Below, piece after piece: positions 6,964 through 17,011 of a stretch of DNA of 33,778 nucleotides. The position numbers were made by a program, and so were the translations under genes. The number at the start of each line of letters is the position of its first letter. The first letter of the stretch is position 1. Location of the stretch: sequence record SRR31156797_6782; one strand, given 5' to 3'. The notes below the pieces were generated by a model that worked only from the letters and a program-made list of their open reading frames with translations, was not told the origin of the DNA and did no database searches.

Positions 6964-9279
6964 TTAGAAAGGATACCCAATAGCAAAGTTAAATGCGGTA
7001 TCACTCCAGGTAAAAGGTCTTGAACCAGGTATCCATCTTTTTCCGGAATCTTGAACCGGATCTCTTAGTTTGAGACCTGTATCAATCCTAAACATAAAGT
7101 ATTTCAAATCAAACCTTAATCCCAATCCTGTTCCTACAGCAATTTTATCTGTAAAATCTTTAAATGAAAACAATCCTCCCTCAGGACTAATATCCTTTCG
7201 GATCGTAAAAATATTACCTGCATCCAAAAATAATGCACCCTCAAGCATCCAAAACAGCTTAAAACGATATTCGGCATTGGCTTCCAACTTAATATCACCG
7301 GTTTGATTGTAGTAATCAGCTTCCGGATCATTATAAGACCCCGGACCAAGTCCTCTTACAGGCCAGGCTCTGATGCTATTGGCTCCTCCGGAGAAATATC
7401 GTTTCTCAAAAGGTAGTACATCCAGGTTTCCGTAAGGATAACCAACACCTAAATACAGGCGATAAGCAAAACTGTTTATCTTATTTAAATAATGATGATA
7501 CCTGATATCAATATCTCCCTGAACATATTGCGCATATCGAATTCCCAACACCTCATAATAACTATCTTCTTTTTTTTCTGCCGATGTTTGGGATAGCAGA
7601 TTTAAAATATTACCCGCTTCTTCCACATTCATATGAATATACCAGAAGTTTTTTCGTCGATTAACTTCCTGCTCGTTATATACAATGGAATATGAAGTTC
7701 GGGTTACGAGGTGATCCTCGTATGAATAACGCAAGTAGGTGTCTTCTATTTGTCCCCAAAAATCACTATCTACCGTCGGTATTCCAACATAGTTAACGCC
7801 TAATGGAGTAAGCACATGAGAGAAATATTTTCCTGAGTTCCACAAATAACTCACCTCACTATTGGCTATTGTACGCGTATAATCGGGTCTGCGCTGAAAA
7901 TTATACGCAACGGAAACTGATGTTTTGGGTACATATCGTTGCCTGAACTTTTCAATTTTAATCGGCATCCAGAATTTTGGAAAGGTAATACCAGTCTCTC
8001 CTCCAATTTCCAGTGTACTAAATTGCTCTTTTTGCCTGTTCATTTGATTCTGCATAGAAACACCAAAACCAAATTTATATTCCTCTGCCCCTTTAAATAA
8101 GTTTTTATGCTGATACTCCAGATTTCCTCCGGCACCAAGGTTACCCGATGAGTTTAAACCTTCAATATCGATTGAATACGATTGATACTTGGAAGGAACT
8201 AACTGAATATAGCAATTGAGATATTTATAATCCGAATCTTCCTCTTCTAATTCTTCAAAGCGGATATTCACAAAGCGATATAAACGCAATCCAGAAAGCA
8301 ATGCCTGCGTTCGATCTATTTTGTTGGCTCTATATAAATCTCCCGGTTTTATCAAGCTTGAACTTATTAAAACTTCTGGGTTTACTTCAACCTGGTCGAT
8401 GTATAGAAAAAAATTATCATCAATTTCCAAGGTATCAAACTGTTCAAAATAGTTTTCTTTTTCGTTTAAAGCTCTATGGGTATTAAAACCCATCCTGTAA
8501 AACACATCTTTAATTTTATAGACCGGATGTTGGAATACCGTATCCTTATCTCTGGCTATTTCTTTACGGGCATTTTTTATAATTACAGAATCAAGCACCT
8601 CGTATTGGCTACCAGTGGTATCTACCTTATAATAAATAAATTCTTTCGAAAATGCGTAATATCCATTATTGCGCAATAACTTGGTAATGCGCTCTCTTTC
8701 TTTGTCATGAACCGATACATCAAAAGCCTTTCCTTTTTTTAATAAGCTACGGCTTAAGTTCTCTTGAATTATTGAATCAACAACCGGATCTTCTGCTTTA
8801 TAATAAACACCGCTTAACTTAAACTGCTCGCCAGGTTGTATTTTATACTTTAGCTTTGCTTTTTTCTTTTTAGTTTTTAACTGAACATCACTTTCAACCT
8901 GGGCATGAAAGTATCCTTTATTTTGCATGAATGTTTTAAGCTGCCCCTCTGTTTGCTCAGTTAAAAATTCATCGTAAACAACAGGTTCTTCGCCAATACG
9001 CTGCAGCCATTTATTAATGCCTTTAGTCGTATCTTTACCTGCCAAATTATACAACCACAAATGAAATTTGAACAAGCCAATAATTTGAACATTGGCATTT
9101 TGCTTGATATATGGCTTAAATCTCTCTTTTGAAATATCCCTTGCCTTATTTTTAACCACAACTTTATTCAACAAGTACTTATCCTCGGGAATATGTTTTG
9201 TTGAACTACATGCAGTAAGAAATGCAACACAGGCAATAACTAAATATTTAAAATACTTATTCAAATATATCGATTTCAA
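6964..9279 (-). CDS. tamL: Omp85/BamA-TamA family outer-membrane lipoprotein (TamL)
   Basis: Lipobox LTAC; IGEEPV, GYFHA and GYYAF POTRA motifs; GGANSIRAW; C-terminal FNFAIGYPF. The exact start codon is uncertain. Confidence 0.9.
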   Translation of the reverse strand: MKSIYLNKYFKYLVIACVAFLTACSSTKHIPEDKYLLNKVVVKNKARDISKERFKPYIKQNANVQIIGLFKFHLWLYNLAGKDTTKGINKWLQRIGEEPVVYDEFLTEQTEGQLKTFMQNKGYFHAQVESDVQLKTKKKKAKLKYKIQPGEQFKLSGVYYKAEDPVVDSIIQENLSRSLLKKGKAFDVSVHDKERERITKLLRNNGYYAFSKEFIYYKVDTTGSQYEVLDSVIIKNARKEIARDKDTVFQHPVYKIKDVFYRMGFNTHRALNEKENYFEQFDTLEIDDNFFLYIDQVEVNPEVLISSSLIKPGDLYRANKIDRTQALLSGLRLYRFVNIRFEELEEEDSDYKYLNCYIQLVPSKYQSYSIDIEGLNSSGNLGAGGNLEYQHKNLFKGAEEYKFGFGVSMQNQMNRQKEQFSTLEIGGETGITFPKFWMPIKIEKFRQRYVPKTSVSVAYNFQRRPDYTRTIANSEVSYLWNSGKYFSHVLTPLGVNYVGIPTVDSDFWGQIEDTYLRYSYEDHLVTRTSYSIVYNEQEVNRRKNFWYIHMNVEEAGNILNLLSQTSAEKKEDSYYEVLGIRYAQYVQGDIDIRYHHYLNKINSFAYRLYLGVGYPYGNLDVLPFEKRYFSGGANSIRAWPVRGLGPGSYNDPEADYYNQTGDIKLEANAEYRFKLFWMLEGALFLDAGNIFTIRKDISPEGGLFSFKDFTDKIAVGTGLGLRFDLKYFMFRIDTGLKLRDPVQDSGKRWIPGSRPFTWSDTAFNFAIGYPF

Positions 9280-9412
9280 AGATTTATAAATTACAGTCTG
9301 AACTCTATTGTATCATTTCGTTGAACACAATCTTTGGTTCAAAAATACTAATGCAATGGATTAATTTTCCTTCCTTTCTCTTAATCCAAATTAATATCTA
9401 TCAAAATTTAGG

Positions 9413-9449
9413 CAAAAGTATTTAAATACATCGTAATAAAGTAAATTTG
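9413..9449. promoter_or_regulatory. Overlapping divergent -7 promoter elements for tamL (-) and trmH (+)
   Basis: CAAAAGTA at 9413-9420 (TACTTTTG on the minus strand) and TAAATTTG at 9442-9449. Confidence 0.55.
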
Positions 9450-9469
9450 TGCCGAACTAAACGAAAAAA

Positions 9470-10231
9470 ATGATTAGTCAGAACAAAATAAAGGTCATTA
9501 ACTCTCTTGCGAAAAAGAAATTCAGAGAACAACACCAAATGTTTATTGCGGAAGGTGAAAAACTGACTTTAGATTTAATTGATTCTCAAATTAAAATTAA
9601 AGAAATATTCTTTAGCAAAGATTGGGATCATTCGGATAGAATACCTCCTGAAGTCATGGTAACTGAAACTACAGATCAATATTTAAAAAAGATTTCGCAA
9701 TTAAAGACTGCTCCTAAAGTCATTGCGCTTTGTGAGATTCCTGATTATAATGAAAATGACTCTGAATTACTTAATTCGTTGGTTCTTGCTTTAGACGAAA
9801 TTCAAGACCCTGGAAATTTAGGAACCATTATTCGTTTAGCCGACTGGTTTGGAATTAAAAATATTGTTTGCTCACATCATACCGTAGATGCCTATAATCC
9901 TAAAGTGGTACAGGCCACTATGGGAGCAATTGCAAGGGTGAAAATTCACTACAAAGATTTAGCTGAGTTTATTTCTGTATCTAAAGAGAAAAATATACCT
10001 GCTTACGGAACATTTTTGGATGGTGAAAATATTTACCAATCAGAAATTACTAACAAAGGAATAGTTGTAATGGGGAACGAAGGGAATGGCATTTCATCTG
10101 AAATAGAAAGGCTCATCGATCATAAGTTATTGATACCTTCATTCTCGACGAATCCAGAAACATCTGAATCGTTAAACGTATCAACAGCCACAGCCATTAC
10201 CTTGTCCGAATTTAAACGAAGATCTTTATAA
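9470..10231 (+). CDS. TrmH/SpoU family RNA methyltransferase
   Basis: QDPGNLGTIIR, GNEGNGIS and ESLNVS SPOUT motifs. Confidence 0.95.
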   Translation: MISQNKIKVINSLAKKKFREQHQMFIAEGEKLTLDLIDSQIKIKEIFFSKDWDHSDRIPPEVMVTETTDQYLKKISQLKTAPKVIALCEIPDYNENDSELLNSLVLALDEIQDPGNLGTIIRLADWFGIKNIVCSHHTVDAYNPKVVQATMGAIARVKIHYKDLAEFISVSKEKNIPAYGTFLDGENIYQSEITNKGIVVMGNEGNGISSEIERLIDHKLLIPSFSTNPETSESLNVSTATAITLSEFKRRSL

Positions 10232-10265
10232 GCATGAGAAAATTTAAGAGAAGAGTATACTCCTC

Positions 10266-11834
10266 CTAAATTTCTGTCAAATATCGTTGAACTGCATCGG
10301 CACATTTTTCTCCATCAATAGCAGACGATGCAATACCTCCGGCATAACCAGCTCCTTCACCGCATGGAAATAAGCCGTTTATCTGAGTATGCTGTAAAGT
10401 CATAGGATCTCTTGGTATTCTAACTGGAGATGAAGTTCTGGATTCGGTTCCCAGAATGATGGCCTCCTCATCTATAAAACCTTTAGCCCACTTACCAAAT
10501 TGTTTAAACCCTCCTTGCAATCTTTTACCAATATGTTCGGGCAATACAAAATGCAAAGGTGATGCTATGGTACCAGGAACATAAGAAGTAGGTGGTAAAT
10601 CAAACGAAAGTTTAGAATTAACAAAATCCGTTAACCGCTGTGCAGGAGCAATTAAGTTTTTACCTCCATTAATATAACACAAGCGCTCTACCTCTTTTTG
10701 AAATTCCAATCCAGCCAATACACCATGTTTTTTAAATTCATTAGGAATATCTTCAGGTCTTATTTCTACCACCATACCGGAATTTGCAAAAGGAGAATTT
10801 CGTTTTGATGGCGACATTCCATTTACCACCATTTCATTTTCTCCAGTCATGGCTGGCACAATAAAACCACCAGGACACATACAAAATGAATACACTCCAC
10901 GGTCCTCAACCTGACAAGAAAAACTATAAGAAGCAGCAGGCAAATATTTTCCTCTTCCTTCCGGTGAATGATATTGAATCTCATCTATTAATTCCTGCGG
11001 ATGTTCAACCCGAACCCCCATGGCCCACGTTTTTGCTTCTAATAGCACGGCTCTGTTGGCAAGCATTTTATACACGTCTCTCGCCGAATGTCCGGTTGCT
11101 AAAATGACAGCTTCACCTTTTAAAACAGTACCATCTTTTAGTTCTACTCCCACAATTTTTGTATCCTCAATCACTACATCAGAAACTAAAGCATTAAACA
11201 ATACTTCGCCACCTGATGCCTTAATTGATTCTCTAATGTTTTTAATCACTTTGGGTAAGCAGTCCGTTCCAATATGCGGATGAGAGTCTATTAAAATTTC
11301 TTCTTGCGCTCCATGAAAATGCAGCACATTCAATATCTTTTTAAAATCACCTCTTTTGGTACTTCTCGTATATAACTTTCCATCGGAAAAGGTTCCTGCA
11401 CCACCTTCTCCAAAAGCATAATTTGATTCGGGATTAACCGGATTATTACGATTTAAAAGGGCAATATCTTTTTTACGTTCGGATATATCCTTCCCTCTTT
11501 CTAACACAATAGGTTTAAAACCTAATTCTATTAATCTTAATGCAGCAAATAAACCACCGGGACCAGCTCCAACAACAATTATCTCTGGTTTTGAAGACAC
11601 ATCAGAATATTCAAAATGTTGAAACTCTTTTTCTGGTGCCGGAACGTTAGCATAAACCTCTAAATGAAGCTGCACCATTACTTGCTTTTGGCGTGCATCT
11701 ATCGAACGCTTTCTTATTCTGATAGCCGTAATTTTATCAGGGCTTACCTTAATTTTCTTGGCTACAATCCCTTTGTAATATTTTTCGTCAGATGCTTCCT
11801 CTGGGGTTAATCTTAATGCTAAGTCTTTCTTCAT
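10266..11834 (-). CDS. NAD(P)/FAD-dependent oxidoreductase (uncharacterised FAD-dependent dehydrogenase family)
   Basis: GAGPGG, GEGGAGTFSDGKL, PHIGTD, SFCMCPGG and GEGAGYAGGI motifs. Start placed at ATG 11834 (MKKDL) because a -7 promoter element TATCTTTG lies at 11852-11859. Confidence 0.9.
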   Translation of the reverse strand: MKKDLALRLTPEEASDEKYYKGIVAKKIKVSPDKITAIRIRKRSIDARQKQVMVQLHLEVYANVPAPEKEFQHFEYSDVSSKPEIIVVGAGPGGLFAALRLIELGFKPIVLERGKDISERKKDIALLNRNNPVNPESNYAFGEGGAGTFSDGKLYTRSTKRGDFKKILNVLHFHGAQEEILIDSHPHIGTDCLPKVIKNIRESIKASGGEVLFNALVSDVVIEDTKIVGVELKDGTVLKGEAVILATGHSARDVYKMLANRAVLLEAKTWAMGVRVEHPQELIDEIQYHSPEGRGKYLPAASYSFSCQVEDRGVYSFCMCPGGFIVPAMTGENEMVVNGMSPSKRNSPFANSGMVVEIRPEDIPNEFKKHGVLAGLEFQKEVERLCYINGGKNLIAPAQRLTDFVNSKLSFDLPPTSYVPGTIASPLHFVLPEHIGKRLQGGFKQFGKWAKGFIDEEAIILGTESRTSSPVRIPRDPMTLQHTQINGLFPCGEGAGYAGGIASSAIDGEKCADAVQRYLTEI

Positions 11835-12095
11835 TCTGCAAAATTGTTGCGCAAAGATAATGATTATATAATTTGTTGACTGCACTAACTATTCTCATTT
11901 AAACCGAATATAATTTCATCGGAAGTAAAAACGAATTATTATCAATAAAAATTTATCCCTCTTCAAATCTTTATCTATTCACAATTCTTTTCAATCCTCT
12001 AATTATTGATGTTTATCATCTTATAAGTCTTATATTTAGTACTTCATCATCATTTTTCGTATCTTATAAATCGATTGAGGAAAACGGGAAGACTG

Positions 12096-14777
12096 ATGCA
12101 AAGTAGACAACTTTCATATGATAGTTTATTAAAAAGAATTTCAGAGCTTGAAAAGCAACTGGAAAAACAACCTAATGCTTCGTTTGATGTCGATAAAATT
12201 ATTCAACAATCCGAAACAGCTTTATTTAACTGGCGAAGTAAAAGCAACGATTTTATAGCGAATACTTATTTTTTTCAACTTCTACATCTTACCAAAAAAA
12301 ATCCTATCAGTTTTTCTGAATTCGAAAAAGTTATTCAGAGTAATCATATCGACTCCTTAAAAGATGCATTAAACAAGGCACTTTCTCAAGCTAATTTTAG
12401 TTTTCAATTTTGCCTAAACCATCAAATTTCTGAAAATCCATTATGGATAGAATTAAATGGAAAAGCAGCTCTTGAATCAGATGGTTCTTATACAATTTCC
12501 GGCTTAGCCAGAAACATTAGCCTCCAGAAAGAAAAAGAAGCAATTTTAAATAGGTACGCTAAAGCCTTTGAACATACCATATCAGGCATTGCCATTGGAG
12601 CTCCGGACCAGAAGAACATTCTTAAAGTGAATAATACACTTGCCGCAATGCATGGTTATACTGCTGAAGAATTGGAAGGAAAACCTATTTCCACATTATT
12701 TCCGGATAAGTATAAAGATGATGTTAAAAAGAATATGGATCTGGTTATAAAAAAAGGACATCACAATTGGAGTACCGTTCATTTAAAAAAAGATGGCACT
12801 CAATTTCCGGTTAAAATACATGCCCATAGCATAACCAACAATAAAGGAGAAACACTTTACAGAATTGTGAATGTAATTGATATTTCGGAACAAAAGAAAG
12901 CGGAAATCGAAAAAGAGCTAAGTGAAAATCATTATACCCATTTATTCCAAAATTTAAATTCGAATTTTGCCGTTCATAAGATAATTCTAGATGATAATAA
13001 CAAGCCTGTTGACTATCAGTTTTTAGATGTAAATAAAGCATTTGAAGAGTCAACGGGATTAAAAGCCAATCAGATTATTGGAAAAACAGCATTAGAATTA
13101 TTTCCAAATACCGAACAGTATTGGATTGATAAGTTTGGAGAGGTTGCCCTTACCGGAAAGTCAGCTATTTACGAAAACTACAGCAAAGAGCTGAACAAAT
13201 ACTATGAACTCAAAATATATTCTCCTAAAAAAGGCCTGTTTGGAATGCTAGCCACCGATGTTACGGAACGTTCACTATTTATTAATCAGTTAAAAGAAGC
13301 GAAACAGCATTTTGAATTGCTTTTTGAATTAAACCCGGATGTCGTTAATATTATTAGGATTGAATATTTTAGCATTATTAATGTTAATAACGGTTTTACT
13401 AAACACCTTGGTTACAGCAAAGAGGAAGCTATTGGCAAATCAACCCTTGAGCTTAATCTTTGGTATGATTTAAATGAAAGAGCTAAAGTATTAGAACTCC
13501 TTGAACAAAAAGGTCAATGCACCAATTACGAAGCGAAATTCAGATGTAAAAACGGTCGTATAATTACAGGCATTGTTTCTGCTCTTATCGTTGACATTAA
13601 TGGAGAAAACCATATTCTATCAGTATCGAAAGACATTACCAAACGGAAGGAAATAGAAATGGCTTTGAGCGAAAGTGAAAAAACACTAAAAAAATCGCAG
13701 AAGATAGCCGGAATTGGAACTTATAAACTGGATTTTAAAACCGGTTTTTGGAATAGTTCATCTATATTAAATGAAATCTTTGGTATTGATGAAAATTATA
13801 ACAAAAACATTGAAGGTTGGCTAAATCTTATTCATCCTGACTTTAAAACCATCATGAAAAATTATCTGGAAGAAGAGGTTATTGGGAAGAAATCAAAGTT
13901 TAATAAAGAATATAAAATTATACGGCAAAACGATTATAGCGAAGCATGGGTTCATGGTAAAGGAGAGCTCACATTTGGTAAAAATGGGGAACTTTTGGAA
14001 ATGACCGGCACCATACTTGACATTACCAATCGGAAGAAAAATGAGCTGATTATCAAAAAGCAAAATCGATCTTTACAAAAACTAATCAACTCTAAAGATA
14101 TACTATTTTCTATTATTGCTCACGATTTAAGAAGTCCGGTTTCTACCTTGGTAAATACAAACCAACTAATTACATACGCACTGGAAGATTCTGATATAGA
14201 TGAAGCCTCCAAATGGAATACGATAAATACCAACCTTACTAAAAGAACTTTAAACTTACTTGATAACCTTTTGCAGTGGTTTAGAATACAGACTTCAGAA
14301 TACGACGTAGAATTCAATCAAGAGAACCTAAAAAATATAATTGATGAAACAGTTGAGATTTTAGAAGATAGGGCCAAACAAAAAAGAATTACCATAAACA
14401 ATCACCTTGACCATGATCTCATAATACTCTTGAATAAAGAAATAACCCAAACTGTACTAAGAAACTTAATTAGTAATGCGATAAAATTCACCAATAATAA
14501 TGGTACAGTGAATATTCAAATTATTAATCATACTAATGAAACTGAAATTATAGTAGGCGATACAGGAGTTGGCATTCTTCCTGAAATTATACCATCCATA
14601 TTTTCTATAGAAAAAAACAAATCAACCATGGGTACTTTAAATGAAAAAGGTACCGGTTTAGGTCTTAGTATTTGCAAAGAATTAGTTGAGGCTCAAGGTG
14701 GTAATATATGGGTTGAAAGTAAAATTAATGTTGGATCGTACTTTCATTTTACAATTCCATTTATCTCAAAAAAATAA
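12096..14777 (+). CDS. Cytoplasmic multi-PAS sensor histidine kinase
   Basis: About five PAS/PAC segments (e.g. VNNTLAAMHGYTAEELEGK...KKDGTQFPV...DISEQK, DVTER, DITKRK, DITNRK); H-box HDLRSP; N-box NLISNAIKF; DTGVG and GTGLGL. No transmembrane segment. ATG at 12096 preferred over TTG at 12075. Confidence 0.93.
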   Translation: MQSRQLSYDSLLKRISELEKQLEKQPNASFDVDKIIQQSETALFNWRSKSNDFIANTYFFQLLHLTKKNPISFSEFEKVIQSNHIDSLKDALNKALSQANFSFQFCLNHQISENPLWIELNGKAALESDGSYTISGLARNISLQKEKEAILNRYAKAFEHTISGIAIGAPDQKNILKVNNTLAAMHGYTAEELEGKPISTLFPDKYKDDVKKNMDLVIKKGHHNWSTVHLKKDGTQFPVKIHAHSITNNKGETLYRIVNVIDISEQKKAEIEKELSENHYTHLFQNLNSNFAVHKIILDDNNKPVDYQFLDVNKAFEESTGLKANQIIGKTALELFPNTEQYWIDKFGEVALTGKSAIYENYSKELNKYYELKIYSPKKGLFGMLATDVTERSLFINQLKEAKQHFELLFELNPDVVNIIRIEYFSIINVNNGFTKHLGYSKEEAIGKSTLELNLWYDLNERAKVLELLEQKGQCTNYEAKFRCKNGRIITGIVSALIVDINGENHILSVSKDITKRKEIEMALSESEKTLKKSQKIAGIGTYKLDFKTGFWNSSSILNEIFGIDENYNKNIEGWLNLIHPDFKTIMKNYLEEEVIGKKSKFNKEYKIIRQNDYSEAWVHGKGELTFGKNGELLEMTGTILDITNRKKNELIIKKQNRSLQKLINSKDILFSIIAHDLRSPVSTLVNTNQLITYALEDSDIDEASKWNTINTNLTKRTLNLLDNLLQWFRIQTSEYDVEFNQENLKNIIDETVEILEDRAKQKRITINNHLDHDLIILLNKEITQTVLRNLISNAIKFTNNNGTVNIQIINHTNETEIIVGDTGVGILPEIIPSIFSIEKNKSTMGTLNEKGTGLGLSICKELVEAQGGNIWVESKINVGSYFHFTIPFISKK

Positions 14778-14781
14778 AAAC

Positions 14782-15501
14782 TTATTCAAAGAAAAAAGAC
14801 AGCACAAATATTCTTGACGTTAGTTTATCTATCGCTTGTGTATAAGGTAAGTCAGGTGCCTCTCCCGTTCCTGCATGATTCAAGATATCGCGCATTCCCA
14901 AAGAAATTTTAAACTCTGTTGACAAGCGGAAATAATTTAAATATGAATCAAACCCGGCACCAATCTCATAGTAAAAATCAAAGCCCTGAAGTAAAATTCC
15001 ATTTTGTTTCTTTTTAGCTAAATCATAACGAGGATTTACACCTGCAATTAAATAGGGCTTAAAATTATGATTTCGATCGCCTCCATATTTAATCAATATA
15101 GGCATCTCCAAAAAAGTAGATTTTATTTGTAAAGGCTCATCCTCTTTCTCGCCCTCCAAGTCGATATATAACATATCTCTCTGCCCAAAAGAAATACCGG
15201 GTAACACCCTAAGATTCCAGTTCTTTTTTAAACGCAAACTGGTTACAATTCCCAAGTTTATTCCTGGTTGCAAGGAAGCTAATTCAGCATACCTTGGATT
15301 GTTACCATTCTCTACTGTCTCCGCACCAGAATGCTGAATATTAAAATTCATGGTATTTACACCTATCAGAAATCCAAAATGAATAGGCTTTTCATCAAAA
15401 CCTTTTAAGTTGGGTACATTTTTGTTACCTCTTTGACCTGCAACAGCAAGCATACAAAATAACAAAGCAAGCGTAAAAATATTTTTCTTAAATCGTAACA
15501 T
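14782..15501 (-). CDS. porT: Type IX secretion / gliding motility outer-membrane beta-barrel protein PorT/SprT
   Basis: Signal peptide; N-L-x-x-F-D..HFGF, LRVLPGISF, EMPILIKY and C-terminal LSFFFE; lies directly downstream of ubiE, as I recall is usual in Bacteroidota. Confidence 0.85.
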   Translation of the reverse strand: MLRFKKNIFTLALLFCMLAVAGQRGNKNVPNLKGFDEKPIHFGFLIGVNTMNFNIQHSGAETVENGNNPRYAELASLQPGINLGIVTSLRLKKNWNLRVLPGISFGQRDMLYIDLEGEKEDEPLQIKSTFLEMPILIKYGGDRNHNFKPYLIAGVNPRYDLAKKKQNGILLQGFDFYYEIGAGFDSYLNYFRLSTEFKISLGMRDILNHAGTGEAPDLPYTQAIDKLTSRIFVLSFFFE

Positions 15502-15543
15502 TGTAGAATCTATTTCTCCTTAAATAACTGCTTTTTCCTTTGT

Positions 15544-16284
15544 TTATTGTGCTGTTTTTGTTGCGAAGTAAATAGTTGCAATACCAAAAGTTTGTTTCCA
15601 CACGCGCTCACTTTTAAAACCTGCCTGCTCTAATTCCTTTACAAAAGCCTGCCCCTCCGGGAATGCTGCCACAGATTTAGGCAGATAAGTATACGCATCT
15701 TTATCTTTTGATAATAAGCCACCCCACCATGGTAAAATTTTGTATGAGTATACCTGATATATCTGCTTAAAAGGAAACTTTGATGGATTAGAAAATTCTA
15801 AAACAACAAACTTACCTCCAACCCTTAACACGCGGTTAATCTCTTTTAAACCTTTCTGTAAGTTTTCAAAATTACGAACCCCAAATGCAACAGTAGCCGC
15901 ATCAAATGAATTATCTTCAAAAGGTAAGTTTTCTGAATCGCCTTCAACTAATGAAATAATATTTTCCAGTTTCTTCCTGGCAATTTTTTCCTTTCCTACC
16001 TTTAACATCTCAGGAGATAAATCTAGCCCTACTACTTTTTGTGGAGATACCTTTAATGCTTCAATAGCAAGGTCTCCTGTACCTGTGGCAATATCCAATA
16101 CTTCTGGTTTATTCAAGCCCTTCAGCAATCTAATGGCTCTTCTTCTCCATATTTTATCAATTCCCATCGACAAAAAATGATTGAGAAAATCGTATTTAGG
16201 AGCAATGTTATTAAACATGCTTCGAATTTGTGTTTTCTTACCTTCCTCCGAGGAATCATACGGCTTAACCGACATACTGGCCAT
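15544..16284 (-). CDS. ubiE: Demethylmenaquinone methyltransferase (UbiE/MenG)
   Basis: MFNNIAPKYDFLNHFLSMGID, LDIATGTGD, AFGVRNF and AYTYLP motifs. Confidence 0.96.
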   Translation of the reverse strand: MASMSVKPYDSSEEGKKTQIRSMFNNIAPKYDFLNHFLSMGIDKIWRRRAIRLLKGLNKPEVLDIATGTGDLAIEALKVSPQKVVGLDLSPEMLKVGKEKIARKKLENIISLVEGDSENLPFEDNSFDAATVAFGVRNFENLQKGLKEINRVLRVGGKFVVLEFSNPSKFPFKQIYQVYSYKILPWWGGLLSKDKDAYTYLPKSVAAFPEGQAFVKELEQAGFKSERVWKQTFGIATIYFATKTAQ

Positions 16285-16461
16285 TTTAATAAGTTCAAAT
16301 ACTATTTTAGAAATGATCGTCTCTTAAAACATAACAAAAGATGATCATTTGTAAAGATGGAGACAAAAATACAATAGATAATGAATAATCAGGTAAGAAG
16401 GTAGAAAAATGCTTTTCTGTTCGATAAAATTATTCAGATCCTTTCCGATACTGCAATTCAT

Positions 16462-16497
16462 AAAAAAAAACGTAAAACAAACTGCCTTACGTTTTTT
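16462..16497 (-). terminator. Probable terminator after the TlpA gene
   Basis: Inverted repeat aaaaaacgtaa / ttacgtttttt with an A9 tract. Confidence 0.55.
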
Positions 16498-16509
16498 ATC
16501 ATATTCTGG

Positions 16510-17010
16510 TTAATTCTTCAATTTCGACTCCAGCACCTCAAGCATTTTTTCAAATTCTTCATCGGAATAGCCTATTGAAGCATAAATCACTATTCCTTTA
16601 TCATCTATGATATAATTTCGGGGAATGGTATTATCAGCAAATTTTCTGTAAACATCTCTATTTGGATCCGGATAAAAAGGTAGAATATATTTCCCCTTCG
16701 AGAATGCATCCAATTCATCCTCGGAATGATTTCGACCAATAACAAACAATTCAAATTTGGGATGATCTTTATATTTATTCCACACTTTGTCCTCTAAAAT
16801 AGGTAACTCTTTCCTACACGGAGGACACCATGTTGCAAAAAAATTGAGCAGAACTATTTTACCTTCTAATTGATCCTTATTTAATTCTGTTGATTTTCCT
16901 TTGATTATAAAATCAGGAGCTTTATCTCCTACTTTTATTAACTCACTATTTTCTTGTGCATTAAGATTAATACCAATAAAAAGTATTAATACGTAAAAAA
17001 TTATTTTCAT
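16510..17010 (-). CDS. TlpA-family thiol:disulfide oxidoreductase (exported)
   Basis: Signal peptide; GDKAPDF; NFFATWCPPC; IPRNYIID. Confidence 0.92.
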   Translation of the reverse strand: MKIIFYVLILFIGINLNAQENSELIKVGDKAPDFIIKGKSTELNKDQLEGKIVLLNFFATWCPPCRKELPILEDKVWNKYKDHPKFELFVIGRNHSEDELDAFSKGKYILPFYPDPNRDVYRKFADNTIPRNYIIDDKGIVIYASIGYSDEEFEKMLEVLESKLKN

Positions 17011-17011
17011 A

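Noticed and set aside
11835-11885. ORF-track N-terminal extension of the FAD oxidoreductase (similarly 23054-23092 and 24152-24187)
   Set aside because: The first two extensions overlap a promoter element or a hairpin and use non-ATG starts; the third adds no family-like sequence. Downstream ATGs fit better.
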